Positions 45,627 through 57,500 of a DNA stretch of 64,000 nt are shown here, in pieces. Source of the DNA: Planctomycetaceae bacterium. Lineage in GTDB: Bacteria > Planctomycetota > UBA8742 > UBA2392 > JABWBM01. Within the stretch, counting starts at the first letter, position 1. Each line of letters begins with the position of its first letter. The stretch is taken from positions 42 to 64,041 of the forward strand of contig JABWBM010000011.1 of NCBI GenBank assembly GCA_013360495.1, written 5' to 3'. A program made the translations under genes and the position numbers. The notes beneath the pieces were generated by a model. It was not told the DNA's origin. It saw only the letters and a program-made list of their open reading frames with translations, and ran no database searches.

Positions 45627-46259
45627 ATGACGCAGCAATCCTATATGAAGGGTGTTCGAGAGTTTCTTGACGACCTCGCCTCGGCCAATCCTACGCCCGG
45701 TGGGGGAGCTGCCGCAGCCGTGCTCGGTGGAATCGGATGCGCGCTCGCATCCATGGTGGGCAACCTCACCGCCGGCAAGAAGAAGTACGCCGAAGTGGAA
45801 GGCCGGGCCAGGGAGATCGTGCAGGACGCCGACCGCTTGCGCGCGGAGCTGATCCAGCTCTACGACGAGGATATCGCGGCGTTCGACAAGGTATCGGCCG
45901 CCATGTCTTTGCCGAAGGAAACGGACCAACAAAAAGCAACCCGTACCGCCGCGCTGCAGGCAGCGCTTAAGGGGGCCACGCTTTCACCCCTCAGGTGCGC
46001 GCAAGCAGCGCTCAAGGGGCTCGATCTTTCGAAGGCGATTGCTGAAATTGGCAATACCAATGCAATCTCCGACGCAGGCGTAGCGTCGCTAGCGCTGCAC
46101 GCAGCCGTGAACGCCGCAACGCTCAACATGCGCATCAATCTGGCGTTGATCAAAGACGAGGGCTTTGTCGCCGAGCACACGAAACTCTACAAGGCGCTCG
46201 AAAGCCGTGCGGCTGAATTAGCGTCGGCAACGCGCGAGGTCGTCATCGCGAAATTGTAG
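45627..46259 (+). CDS. cyclodeaminase/cyclohydrolase-family protein (FTCD C-terminal-like, methenyl-THF cyclohydrolase-like)
   Basis: ANPTPGGGAAAAVLGGIGCALASMVG is the hallmark of the formiminotransferase-cyclodeaminase C-terminal domain. Confidence 0.6.
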   Translation: MTQQSYMKGVREFLDDLASANPTPGGGAAAAVLGGIGCALASMVGNLTAGKKKYAEVEGRAREIVQDADRLRAELIQLYDEDIAAFDKVSAAMSLPKETDQQKATRTAALQAALKGATLSPLRCAQAALKGLDLSKAIAEIGNTNAISDAGVASLALHAAVNAATLNMRINLALIKDEGFVAEHTKLYKALESRAAELASATREVVIAKL

Positions 46260-46279
46260 GGAGTCATTGTCCGTCGCAG

Positions 46280-47903
<1,624 letters not shown>

Positions 47904-47991
47904 TCAGGAGTTGAGAACGATCTAGCGGGCTTCTGCCCGCCACTCGCACTCTATGCCGACAAGAAGTAATTAACAAGGGGATGGATAATGG

Positions 47992-48285
47992 TTAGCCGCC
48001 CAATGACTTCTCGATTTCATCTACGGGGCCGTCAAATTCGTGATGGTTCCCACACATGCGATCTACCTGAACGAGTGGATAGAAGACGCGGTACTTGAAA
48101 AGCTCCGCATTGTAGCCGGGTGTACCTGGTCTCAATCCCCACACATTCATTCTATTGCCTTCGAATGTCCAATACCCGTGAGAATCTCGCTGGCCCATCC
48201 AAGCAAACATGAGGTACGAGCCAACGTAGATCACGCATAACGCGACAAACGTCCCGACCAATACGCGTTTTCGTGGAATACGCAT
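47992..48285 (-). CDS. small membrane protein (hypothetical), low-GC
   Basis: One TM helix and ~50% GC. Confidence 0.3.
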   Translation of the reverse strand: MRIPRKRVLVGTFVALCVIYVGSYLMFAWMGQRDSHGYWTFEGNRMNVWGLRPGTPGYNAELFKYRVFYPLVQVDRMCGNHHEFDGPVDEIEKSLGG

Positions 48286-48288
48286 AGC

Positions 48289-48531
48289 CTACAGTCGCTC
48301 GAACATCATGGTTTTGATCATGTCGAGCGCGCGGTTGGTGGACTGGACGATGGGTTCTTCGTCCTTGAAGCCTTCGAGGCGCTGCGAGATTTCCTTTTTG
48401 AAATCGTCCCAGCTTTCGCCGAACGCAATGTTGCAGAGTTCCTGCCACTGTTCCTCTTGCGACATCGACGCTGCCTGATTGGCCGCGACGACTTCCGCAC
48501 GCGCCGACTTCGCTTTTGACTTCGCCGCCAT
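48289..48531 (-). CDS. small hypothetical protein, low-GC
   Basis: ORF only. Start chosen at MAAKSKAKS. Confidence 0.25.
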   Translation of the reverse strand: MAAKSKAKSARAEVVAANQAASMSQEEQWQELCNIAFGESWDDFKKEISQRLEGFKDEEPIVQSTNRALDMIKTMMFERL

Positions 48532-48783
48532 GGCGATCCTTTCGTCCTTGGCGCGCCGATGGTTTCGACGCGCCAGAGCCTGGCCGTTTTGCGCGGCAGA
48601 CCCGAGTCCTGGGTGATGAAGCAACACAGCGCATCGTTTCCGACGCGCCCCGACTCTTTGATTATACTTTACACTTTATAAAATGCAAATATATAGGCGG
48701 ATAATAGAATGGGTACGTTTTGAGTTTGGCTCACGTCCTCGCCATGACGCATTGGGAAGCGCACGTCTTTTCGAGGATGGGTG

Positions 48784-49506
48784 TCACATCCCCGGCATGG
48801 CGGCGAGCAGAAGGTCTGGGAGATAACCGCCGTCGTCCAGCATTTCGCCCGCGCGGCGCACCAATCCAACATTGGGCCATTGCTTGCGTGCCTTGTCGAT
48901 GAGCGTGCGGGCATCATCCTCGCGCCGCGCAGCCTGATGACAGGCCGCGAGCATCACCCACAGGCGCGGCTCGCCGGGCGAGAGCGTCAGCCCTGCTTTG
49001 GTTAGGCGCGTGGCGCGTTCAGTCATACCCTGCGACAGGTGGATCAGCGCGCGCAGTTCGACGGCGGCCGCGTTCGCTCCTGCCTCTCGCAGCAGCCTAA
49101 GAGCCTCGCCAGAATCGCCGTCGAGCAACGCCGCGACACCAAGGCCGTACGTGATGCTCGAGGCGTCCATGCGGTATTCGAGAAAACCCGCGAGCGAGTG
49201 AAGCGCGAAGCGGGCGCGGGCGGTGTCGGCCGCATTGATGGCCAGCCTCGCTTCGGCGATCAAGCGCGCGATTTTTCGTTTGCGCAGGATCAGATAGAGC
49301 GCCAACCCGACTTCGAAGGCCAGCAGCGCCGCCACCAGCACCAGGTAGAGCACGCCTTCCGCGGTCGTGCCTTGGCGCAGCAAGACGACGCCCGCAAAGC
49401 TGAGCCCGCTCGCTGCAAGACCCACGACGGCGGCCTGTACCGCGTGCAGCAGGATGAGCGGGAGGATGAAGCGGCGATTGCGGGCTGGACGAGGGTTGAA
49501 GTGCAT
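48784..49506 (-). CDS. TPR-repeat membrane protein
   Basis: Two N-terminal TM helices and TPR-like helical repeats. The longer ORF N-terminus is repeat-derived (IPAQAGIQ...WMPAYAGMT). Confidence 0.55.
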   Translation of the reverse strand: MHFNPRPARNRRFILPLILLHAVQAAVVGLAASGLSFAGVVLLRQGTTAEGVLYLVLVAALLAFEVGLALYLILRKRKIARLIAEARLAINAADTARARFALHSLAGFLEYRMDASSITYGLGVAALLDGDSGEALRLLREAGANAAAVELRALIHLSQGMTERATRLTKAGLTLSPGEPRLWVMLAACHQAARREDDARTLIDKARKQWPNVGLVRRAGEMLDDGGYLPDLLLAAMPGM

Positions 49507-49558
49507 CCCGGATTCCCGCGAGTTATGCAAACCTTGGGTGCAAATTCGATGTTCAGCC

Positions 49559-49626
49559 GTCATGCCCGCGTAGGCGGGCATCCAGTCTTCTCTTTGTATC
49601 TGGATTCCGGCTTGCGCCGGAATGAC
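49559..49626. repeat. MITE-like element family A (paired hairpins, 14-nt spacer)
   Basis: gtcatgcccgcgtaggcgggcatccag ... ctggattccggcttgcgccggaatgac. Confidence 0.85.
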
Positions 49627-49705
49627 GATACCAATCATCCATGGTATCAAACGAGGCAGACGCGCGGACGTTCGATGAAAGATGCTTTGAGATCCCGCCG
49701 GTGGG

Positions 49706-50950
49706 TTACTTCTTTTTCTTTCCGCTATCGGCGGGTTGCTTCTTGGGTGGTAGCTTGAAGAACTTGGTACGCTCGGCGCCATTACGCTCGAAGACGACGG
49801 TGAATTCGGTCACTCCCTCGTTCCGTAAATTCATGACGAGATTCTTGGCTGCTTCGATAGTGGTTACCGGAGTTCCATTGACAGACTTGAGAATATCTCC
49901 GCCACGCGCACCTGCGCGGTAGGCGAGACTATCCGAAGGAAGGGAGTCATTGAATTTAAGGCCAACGTCGTTGCCTTCCATATCAGTTTGGCGGGAGACA
50001 TAACTGGTCATGGCTTCCAACACTCCCGCGTTCATGTCTTCCCAGCCGAGCTGGACGTTATCGCCGACAACCTTGGTCGTTCTGTTCTCTTCCGACATGT
50101 CCCACGGCGATTCGTCGGCGGCTGCATCGACAGGCGGTATCTGCTTGGAAGCGTCATCTATTTTCTTGTCAGGGCCGGTAAGCCTACTCGGGCTCGAGCC
50201 GCCTATTGTCTTTTTGACGCCGATAAACGCATCCTTGTAATCCTCATAAGGGACTTCGAGCGTGATCTCGTAGCGGCCATTGACGGGTTGCAGCTTCTTG
50301 TCGAGCTTCTCGATCTTCTCCGGTGGCGTTGTTTTGATCGCCTCCGTCAGTTCCTTGGTAGTGACGGCGAGGATGATGTAGTTGCCGTTAATTTCGGTGA
50401 TGATGGCGTCCATGGTGTTGCTGATCTGCGTGCCGTAGTCGGGGTTATCGTCCTTGGGAAATTTCGCCTGAATATTCGTTCCTTTTTCGACGGCCATCTC
50501 CATGCCGTCGAATCCCTTCCCCTTCAGTTCGAGCGCAACCCAACTCCTCAAGCCTTCGACCGACGCTAAAACGTCGGGCATCTTGACGACGCGGATGACG
50601 GAGAATTTGCTCGCGACTTCCTTCTCGATGTTGTCGCGGATTTTCTTGAAGTCGACGCCTTCGTCGATGGGTTTCGTGGTGCCGCCTCCGCTGATTACGG
50701 TTTCAATCTTTGACGCAGGTCCGGGCATGATGTTGACCGGCTTGAACGAGATCGACGTATTCTTGTTCTTGAGGCTTTCCCACGTTTCAGGTGGGTCGAT
50801 CTTCATGATGTTTTTGTCGCGAAGGCGGGCGTCGAGCGATTCGCGCTCGCTCTTCTGGTCGCTATAAAAATCGAATGCCAAGTAGCCGCCCCCCGCGAGC
50901 AGCGCGAGGTTCGTCACCCAAAGGACTGTTGGCAGCGGCGATTTTCTCAT
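49706..50950 (-). CDS. PDZ-domain membrane protein (GspC-like architecture), low-GC
   Basis: N-terminal TM and C-terminal PDZ (GARGGDILKSVNGTPVTTIEAAKNLV...EFTVVFERNG). ~48% GC. Confidence 0.45.
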   Translation of the reverse strand: MRKSPLPTVLWVTNLALLAGGGYLAFDFYSDQKSERESLDARLRDKNIMKIDPPETWESLKNKNTSISFKPVNIMPGPASKIETVISGGGTTKPIDEGVDFKKIRDNIEKEVASKFSVIRVVKMPDVLASVEGLRSWVALELKGKGFDGMEMAVEKGTNIQAKFPKDDNPDYGTQISNTMDAIITEINGNYIILAVTTKELTEAIKTTPPEKIEKLDKKLQPVNGRYEITLEVPYEDYKDAFIGVKKTIGGSSPSRLTGPDKKIDDASKQIPPVDAAADESPWDMSEENRTTKVVGDNVQLGWEDMNAGVLEAMTSYVSRQTDMEGNDVGLKFNDSLPSDSLAYRAGARGGDILKSVNGTPVTTIEAAKNLVMNLRNEGVTEFTVVFERNGAERTKFFKLPPKKQPADSGKKKK

Positions 50951-50974
50951 GCGACTATCCTAACTCTCCCCGTC

Positions 50975-51061
50975 GTCATGCCGGCGTAAGCCGGCATCCA
51001 GTCTTTTTTCTCTACGTCTCTTTCTTTTCAACGTCTGAATTCCGGCTTGCGCCGGAATGAC
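50975..51061. repeat. MITE-like element family A (paired hairpins)
   Basis: gtcatgccggcgtaagccggcatccag ... ctgaattccggcttgcgccggaatgac. Confidence 0.85.
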
Positions 51062-51108
51062 GCTCGTATCCCTTTAATACGCTCCAACGCTGTATTCGTT
51101 TGGAAAAT

Positions 51109-52113
51109 TCAATCTGTTTGTTCCACCTGCACCTGCCGGATCATTTCGAACAGGCGCCTTAACAGTTCCGGCAAGCTCTCTTTTGTAACTGCCGACAATG
51201 CAAAGACTTGCGCTCCGATGGCTTTGCCGAGCTCTTCCGCACGCGCGCGGGCTTCGGGGACGTCGATCTTGTTGCCGACCACGATTTCCTGCTTCCCCGC
51301 GAGGTTCGGCGAAAAACGTTCCAGCTCGCGCCGGATCGTGCGGTAGTTGGTGGCAAGTTCTTCCACGTCGCCGGCGTCCAGATCGATCAGGTGGACGATG
51401 GCGCGCGTGCGCTCGATGTGCCGAAGAAACTGATGGCCGAGGCCCTTGCCCTCGCTGGCGCCCTCGATCAGGCCGGGGATGTCGGCCATGGTGAAGGTAC
51501 CCTGTCCGACGGCGACAATGCCGAGCTGCGGGACGAGGGTGGTGAAAGGGTAATTGGCGATCTTCGGGCGCGCGGCTGAACAGACCGAGAGGAGCGTCGA
51601 CTTACCCGCGTTGGGCATGCCCACCAGCCCGACATCAGCGATCAGTTTCAGTTCGAGGCGCAGTTGCTTTTTCTGCTCGGGCTGGCCGCGTTCGAATTCC
51701 TGAGGCGCTTGGTGGGTTGCGGTGGCGAAGTGCTGGTTTCCGCGGCCGCCTCGTCCGCCGTAGACAGCAAGGTACTCCTGCCCTTCTTTGGAAAGATCGG
51801 CAAGCTGCTCACCCGACTCGCGGTCATAGAACATCGTGCCAACGGGGACAGGCACGCGCACATTGTCGGCGCTTTTGCCCGAGCAGTTCTTGCCCCGTCC
51901 ATGCTCGCCGGCTCGCGCCTTGATGGTGCGCAGGCGGACAAGTTCAAGGAGTGACGTGGTGTGCCGGTCGGCGACAAAGACCACGTCGCCGCCTCGCCCG
52001 CCGTCGCCGCCATCGGGACCGCCTCGCGGGGCGAAGGCTTCGTGCCGGAAACTCAAGCAGCCGTCGCCACCCTTGCCGGAAATGACGGTGATGTCAGCTT
52101 CGTCTTTGAACAT
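51109..52113 (-). CDS. obg: GTPase Obg
   Basis: Glycine-rich Obg fold (GGDGG..GGRGGDV) and G domain (GMPNAGKSTLL, DIPGLIEGA). Confidence 0.9.
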   Translation of the reverse strand: MFKDEADITVISGKGGDGCLSFRHEAFAPRGGPDGGDGGRGGDVVFVADRHTTSLLELVRLRTIKARAGEHGRGKNCSGKSADNVRVPVPVGTMFYDRESGEQLADLSKEGQEYLAVYGGRGGRGNQHFATATHQAPQEFERGQPEQKKQLRLELKLIADVGLVGMPNAGKSTLLSVCSAARPKIANYPFTTLVPQLGIVAVGQGTFTMADIPGLIEGASEGKGLGHQFLRHIERTRAIVHLIDLDAGDVEELATNYRTIRRELERFSPNLAGKQEIVVGNKIDVPEARARAEELGKAIGAQVFALSAVTKESLPELLRRLFEMIRQVQVEQTD

Positions 52114-52227
52114 GGGTGTGGGATTTCTGTGTTCGAAAAGTCGCTGTCGATTGTTCGCTCTAGCGCCACGGATGTGTTCTGCGTAACGCGCTTCGCACAA
52201 TAGAGTGCGATCAGGCCTTTGTCTTCT

Positions 52228-52353
52228 GTAGCGTCACGGCTACGCCGTGACGTCTTGTCCGAAAATCAAGCATTGGGTCGAAGACGTCACGCCATAGGCG
52301 TGACGCTACATTCTTATTCGCACTGCATTCCGCGGGGGCGCGTGACGCTACGA
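52228..52353. repeat. MITE-like element family C (pair plus an extra half-unit)
   Basis: tgtagcgtcacggctacgccgtgacgtcttg ... gaagacgtcacgccataggcgtgacgctaca ... gcgcgtgacgctacg. Confidence 0.8.
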
Positions 52354-52374
52354 CGCAAATCAACCATGGAACGC

Positions 52375-53319
52375 CTATCGCCGTCCCGCCACAGCTGCCG
52401 GTTCGACCACAGTGCGCCAGCCCCACTTGTCGGCGATGCGGCCCTGCACGACGTCGAGATATTTCTTCTGCAGCTTCGCCGTGACCGGCCCGCGCTTGCC
52501 TGAGCCGATCTTGATCTTGTCAAGCGAGCGGATTGGGGTGACCTCCGCGGCTGTTCCGACGCCGAAGATTTCGTCCGCGATATACAGGAACTCGCGCGGC
52601 ATAGCGGTCTCGCGCACCTCGATCCCCTCCTCGCGGGCGAGGGTGATAATCGAATCGCGCGTGATGCCGCCGAGGATGGAATTACCGATGGGCGGCGTGT
52701 GGATCACGCCGTCGCGGATGACGAAGAGGTTTTCGCCCGAACCTTCGGCGACGAGGCCGTTGACGTCGAGCGCGATGCCTTCCGAGTAGCCGTTGGCGAT
52801 GGCGTCCATTTTGATCAATGCGCCGCTGGCGTAGTTGGCCGAGCACTTGGCGAAGGCGGGCGTGGTGTTCGGCGCGTTGCGTGTCCAGCTTGAGATGGCC
52901 ATATCGACGCCCTGCTCGAGCGCCTCGGGCCCGAGGTATTTGCCCCACTTCCAGACCATGATGAACATGCTGACCGGGTTCTTGGCCGGGTAAACGCCCA
53001 TGGGGCCCGCGTTACGGAAGACCACGGGGCGGATATAGCATTCGTCGAATTCGTTGACACGAATGGTCTCGATCATCGCCTCGCGCGTTTCATCGATGCT
53101 GAAGGGAATGTCCATGCGATAGATCTTGGCGGAGTCATGCAGACGGCGGTTATGCTCGTCGAGGCGGAAGACGTTGGCCTTGCCATCGACGTTGTATGCG
53201 CGGATGCCTTCGAACACGCCCGAGCCGTAGTGAATCACGTGGGCGCTGACATGAATCGTCGCGTCGTCCCAATCCACGAACTGCCCGTCGAACCAAACCT
53301 TCTCGCACAACTTGTCCAT
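52375..53319 (-). CDS. ilvE: branched-chain amino acid aminotransferase
   Basis: Class IV aminotransferase motifs (FDGQFVDWDDATIHV, EGSGENLF, PxTRD). Confidence 0.85.
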   Translation of the reverse strand: MDKLCEKVWFDGQFVDWDDATIHVSAHVIHYGSGVFEGIRAYNVDGKANVFRLDEHNRRLHDSAKIYRMDIPFSIDETREAMIETIRVNEFDECYIRPVVFRNAGPMGVYPAKNPVSMFIMVWKWGKYLGPEALEQGVDMAISSWTRNAPNTTPAFAKCSANYASGALIKMDAIANGYSEGIALDVNGLVAEGSGENLFVIRDGVIHTPPIGNSILGGITRDSIITLAREEGIEVRETAMPREFLYIADEIFGVGTAAEVTPIRSLDKIKIGSGKRGPVTAKLQKKYLDVVQGRIADKWGWRTVVEPAAVAGRR

Positions 53320-53450
53320 CGTTCCTCCATGCATTCAAGCGGCCATTGACCGCGGTAGTGAGCGCCAAAGCCTCATTGTAGCGGCGCCTCGCGGCAGGCG
53401 CAAATAAAGCCCGGGAATTCACCACGTCACGCGTAAACACAGGTTTCTTA

Positions 53451-53479
53451 TGTAGCGTCACGCGCCCTCGCGTGACGGG
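53451..53479. repeat. MITE family C single hairpin
   Basis: tgtagcgtcacgcgccctcgcgtgacggg. Confidence 0.7.
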
Positions 53480-53547
53480 CCTACCATTGGTAGTGCAAAG
53501 ACGCCCTTTATCCCGATCGGTCGAAAAATCTTCCTCTTGCCGCAGAG

Positions 53548-54438
53548 ATGCCGATCGCTAGGCTATCAACCGCAATGCTCACCCGTGAACCGCTGCTGCA
53601 TTCCGCCACCGTCACGCGCCAGATCGACTACGGCCACGGCTACTACGTTCTCGAGTTTGACTGCCCCGACCTCGCTGCCTCCATCGGCGTAGGGCAGTTC
53701 GTCAATCTGCGCGTGAGGAACGACTACTCGCCGCTCCTGCGCCGCCCCTTCAGTGTGTTCGATGTGCTCATTGATCGCGCCAACAATCCATCGGGCATCA
53801 GCCTGCTCTACCACATCGTCGGCGCCGGCACAGGCCTGATGGCGAAGATGAAGGAAGGCGAAAAGGTCTCGCTCAACGGTCCGCTCGGCAAGCCCTTCCC
53901 CTGGCCAACCGACGACAAAGCCGCCATCTACATGGTGGGCGGCGGTATCGGCACCGCGCCTTTTTTACTGCAAGCGAAGCGCTGGATGAAGGAAGCGCCC
54001 GGCAGAGAGTACGTCTTCATCGCGGGCGGGCGCAGCGACCACGACTTGAAATATATGACGCACTTCTCGCCACTCACGAAGCAGGGCCTCAACCTCATGC
54101 TCACCACCGAGGATGGCTCGGTGGGCTTCCGTGGGCGCGTGACCGACCCACTGCGTGGCGAATTGCAAGCGCGCGCGAAGAAGAAGCTCACGTCCGCGGT
54201 TTATTGCTGCGGGCCGACGCCGATGATGGCCGCGGTCTCGGCGCTCTGCGAGGAATTCGACGTGACCTGCATGGCCAGCCTCGAATCCGTGATGGCGTGC
54301 GGCTACGGCGTGTGCAACGGCTGCGTGTGCGCGATCGACGACGCGACGAAGGAGAAGGGCTGGCGCTACGCCAAGACCTGCATCGAAGGCACCTGCTTCG
54401 ACGCGCGCAAGATCCAATGGAAGAAGATCAGCGTGTAG
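53548..54438 (+). CDS. PyrK-like FAD/NAD(P)-binding oxidoreductase with C-terminal [2Fe-2S] cysteine cluster
   Basis: RRPFSVFDV (FAD), GGGIGTAPF (NAD) and CGYGVCNGCVC. No pyrD nearby. Confidence 0.65.
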   Translation: MPIARLSTAMLTREPLLHSATVTRQIDYGHGYYVLEFDCPDLAASIGVGQFVNLRVRNDYSPLLRRPFSVFDVLIDRANNPSGISLLYHIVGAGTGLMAKMKEGEKVSLNGPLGKPFPWPTDDKAAIYMVGGGIGTAPFLLQAKRWMKEAPGREYVFIAGGRSDHDLKYMTHFSPLTKQGLNLMLTTEDGSVGFRGRVTDPLRGELQARAKKKLTSAVYCCGPTPMMAAVSALCEEFDVTCMASLESVMACGYGVCNGCVCAIDDATKEKGWRYAKTCIEGTCFDARKIQWKKISV

Positions 54439-54473
54439 AGCTTATCCTCGAAAAAAGATGCGTTTTTGCGTGC

Positions 54474-54553
54474 GTCATGCCGACGAAAGTCGGCATCCAG
54501 GACCCATGAAAAGACAAAAAGTTAAGATGGATTCCGGCTTTCGCCGGAATGAC
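54474..54553. repeat. MITE-like element family A (paired hairpins)
   Basis: gtcatgccgacgaaagtcggcatccag ... atggattccggctttcgccggaatgac. Confidence 0.85.
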
Positions 54554-54597
54554 GTTATAAACGCCAACCATTCATGGGGGCAGTAAGAGCCCTCGTA

Positions 54598-57500
54598 TCA
54601 CTCCGGGATCAGCACCAGCGCGCGGCGCTCGGCATCGGCTGCTGTCTTGACGTGGGTGCGGAAGCTCGCGTAATTCTCGACGTCGATACGCGCCGCCATG
54701 GTGCGTAGCGAGCGTTTGACGGTCAAAGTCCCGCCGTCGAGCGAATACGTTAAGGAATAGAGGAAGGGGTGCGCCGGGATCGCCACATCCTCGGGCATAC
54801 GCTCGAGGCGGTAGCCCTCTGGCAGCTCATAGCGCAGGGTTTCCTCGAAGACGATGCTGTCGGAAATCACGAGGTCGAAGGCCCGGTGTTCCTCGCTGAT
54901 GTAGCGTCCGAAAACGTCGCCCGTGTTTGTCAGGTGTGGCGTGAAGCGCAGGCCATCGCCTTCGGTCTTTTGCGCCGCGGACGCCATGGAAGCGTCGAAA
55001 GTTCTCAGGAAGGGTACGCCAAGCTCTTCGACCTTGACCAACTCGAATGCTCCGATCGAAATGCCCGGCATGAATGAGCCGACCGTCTGCTCGAGCGCGC
55101 GTTTGTTGTCGTTCGGCGTTGCCGTGCGGGCTTGTTCGCGATCGTCGTATCCATAGGCGCCGAAGTCCGTGACGTTTCCGGTCACCGTTGCCGAACCGTC
55201 AGCGGCGAGTTTCAGAGTTAAGGCTACGCCGCGCCGATCGCGGCTCTCGTCGCCCCCCGGGAGGCGAAGGAATGTCCACGCGCCGCTCGCGGGATCGATG
55301 GCCATGGCGGGCGCTTCGAACATGGCGCTCTCCAGTTCACCGAAAGGGGCGAGACGATAGGTCATGTCGATGAATACCTGTTCGCCCTCGTCTTCTATGA
55401 GGAGAAGGCGACTGCGAAGCATATCTGCGTAGTCGAGATAGCGCGGTTTGCGCGTCTCGATATCGGGGTCGTTGCCCGCAAACACATGCTTGTACTCCAC
55501 TCCTGCCGCATCCAGCATCGCGGCCATCAGCGCGAAGCGGTCGCCGGACTTTTGTTCGACGGTGGTGTGCGGATTGGTGCCGCCGCCGGTGGTTCGAATC
55601 GTTGAATTTACCCAGGCGTAGAGGGCGACGGCCTTTTGGATGTCGCCGGCGTCGCGGTCGAGCACGGACAACGCTTGCATGGCAGCCTCGCGCACACGCC
55701 ACGTTACCTCCGTGGCGCGCAGGGAGGAGCGCAGACGCCGCGCCGCACCTGTCCACGGATTTTCGCCCGGACGGTAAAAAGTCACCTTCGGCATGGTTTC
55801 GTCGCGTGTTGGCATGGCGGGTTCGGCCTTGCGGCTTCTCGGGCGGCGCATCTCCCAACTCAAGAGGACGCGGCCATCGTCGAGCTCGCGGCGAGTGAAC
55901 GTAGCGCCCTCCATATTTTCTTCGCGGTAGTGAACGACGAAGTCCTTGGGCGTGACGACCACGAGGCGCGCGAGCGCGGTGGGGGTGCGAACGTCGCGAT
56001 CCTCGAACTGGAACGAGACATCGTCGAGCACGCCCGGAGTGCTCGCGCGAGTGTACCGGCGGTAGGCCGTGTCGATCACTGCGCCCGGCTCGACGCCCGG
56101 GAACTCGAAGTTCGCGCCGGTCACCGTCACCGGTTCAAGCTCGGCGCCATCGCCCTTGATCGTGCGCGCGCGCAGCACTTCGCCGTCGATGCGCTGCCGC
56201 CCGTGGGTGTCGACGGCGTCTTGCAGCAAAATCTTCGTCACAGTCTGCCCATAGGCGACGAAGCTGCCGTCCTTCTCCACGTGCCAGACTTCTTCATCAA
56301 GCAGCCATCCGGCGGAAGCGAGCGGATAGTCTTGCGCTTTCAGCCAGTCGCGCGCCTGTAAGGGATCGAGGGCCGTCGAAAACTCGCTCAACATCTGCGG
56401 TGCTTTGCCGTCAAGCCGCGCGAGGTAGCGCCGGGCGTTGTCGTGGCCGGGGTTGCGCTCGACGGTTTTGAGCAGCGCTTCGCGCGCTTCTTTCTCCAAG
56501 CCATTGCGGTATGCGAGCATGGCCGCGTCGTAATAGCGGTTGGCCCTGCCGCGCTCCGGGCGCTCAGCAAGCGCCATGAGAATGGCGAAGGCTTCGGCAA
56601 TCTTCCCCGACGCCGCGAGAATCGCTGCCCGTTCGCGTTGCGTAGTGGTCGTAGCGCCACCGAGGATTCGTTCCTTGGCCTCTATATATTCGAGGGCCGT
56701 GTCGAAGTCGCCGCCGTTGAGCGCGAGACGTTTGAGTGCGTCGAGAATGTTGGTGTTATTCTTCGCCGGGCCGTCTGCCAGTTGCTCATAGAGCTCCTGC
56801 GCCAGTTCAAGATCGCCGTCCGCTTCCGCCATTTCCGCGCGCATAAGCACCAATTGCGCAGGCCGCGACGAGGTCTCGGTGAAAGCTAGCATACGCTGAT
56901 TGCGCGCCTCGGCCTGCCACTTACGCCGGTCGAAGAAAGCAGCGTAATGGGTCCGGTGAGCCCAGTGCGGCTGGATCGCCAGCGTTTCATCGTAGAGTTT
57001 GCGGGCGTCGCCATCGCGGTCTTCGCCCACGCGGATATTGGCGAGCTTCAAGCGCGACACCACTGCGCCGGGTTGGTTCGCGTTGAGCCACGTGTAACGC
57101 TCGGCGAGGATGCGGCGCTGCTCGGCAGCCGTGGCGACGCTTGTCCGCTCGTAATACATGGCGTCGAGGCAGGCTTCCATTAAAGGATGAGACTTGCGGT
57201 AGCCCTCCGCTTCGTGCCAGAGATCTTCGGCTTGTTCCGGGCTTTGCGCTCCAAGCAATTCCAACGCGAGTAAACAGCGGGCTTGCATTTGTACCTTCGG
57301 GTCTTTGGCGCTATCGATGAGTGACGCCAGCCGTTGGTAGCGATAGGGGATGGGCTGCGACGCGGGCGGGACAGAACCGCGTGGCGCGAAGGGCTTCATG
57401 TCCGTCGGATATTGCGAACGGACGGATTCGAGAGAGAGGCGAGTCTTCGGGTCGCAGATGCGGACGGTGGCGGCGCTCAGCGATCCGAGCTTGACCAGCA

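Noticed and set aside
43650-45640. Integrated prophage or integrative element at the tRNA
   Set aside because: No integrase, excisionase or phage structural genes and no duplicated tRNA 3' end within the window. Only a compositional shift and an AAA ATPase.
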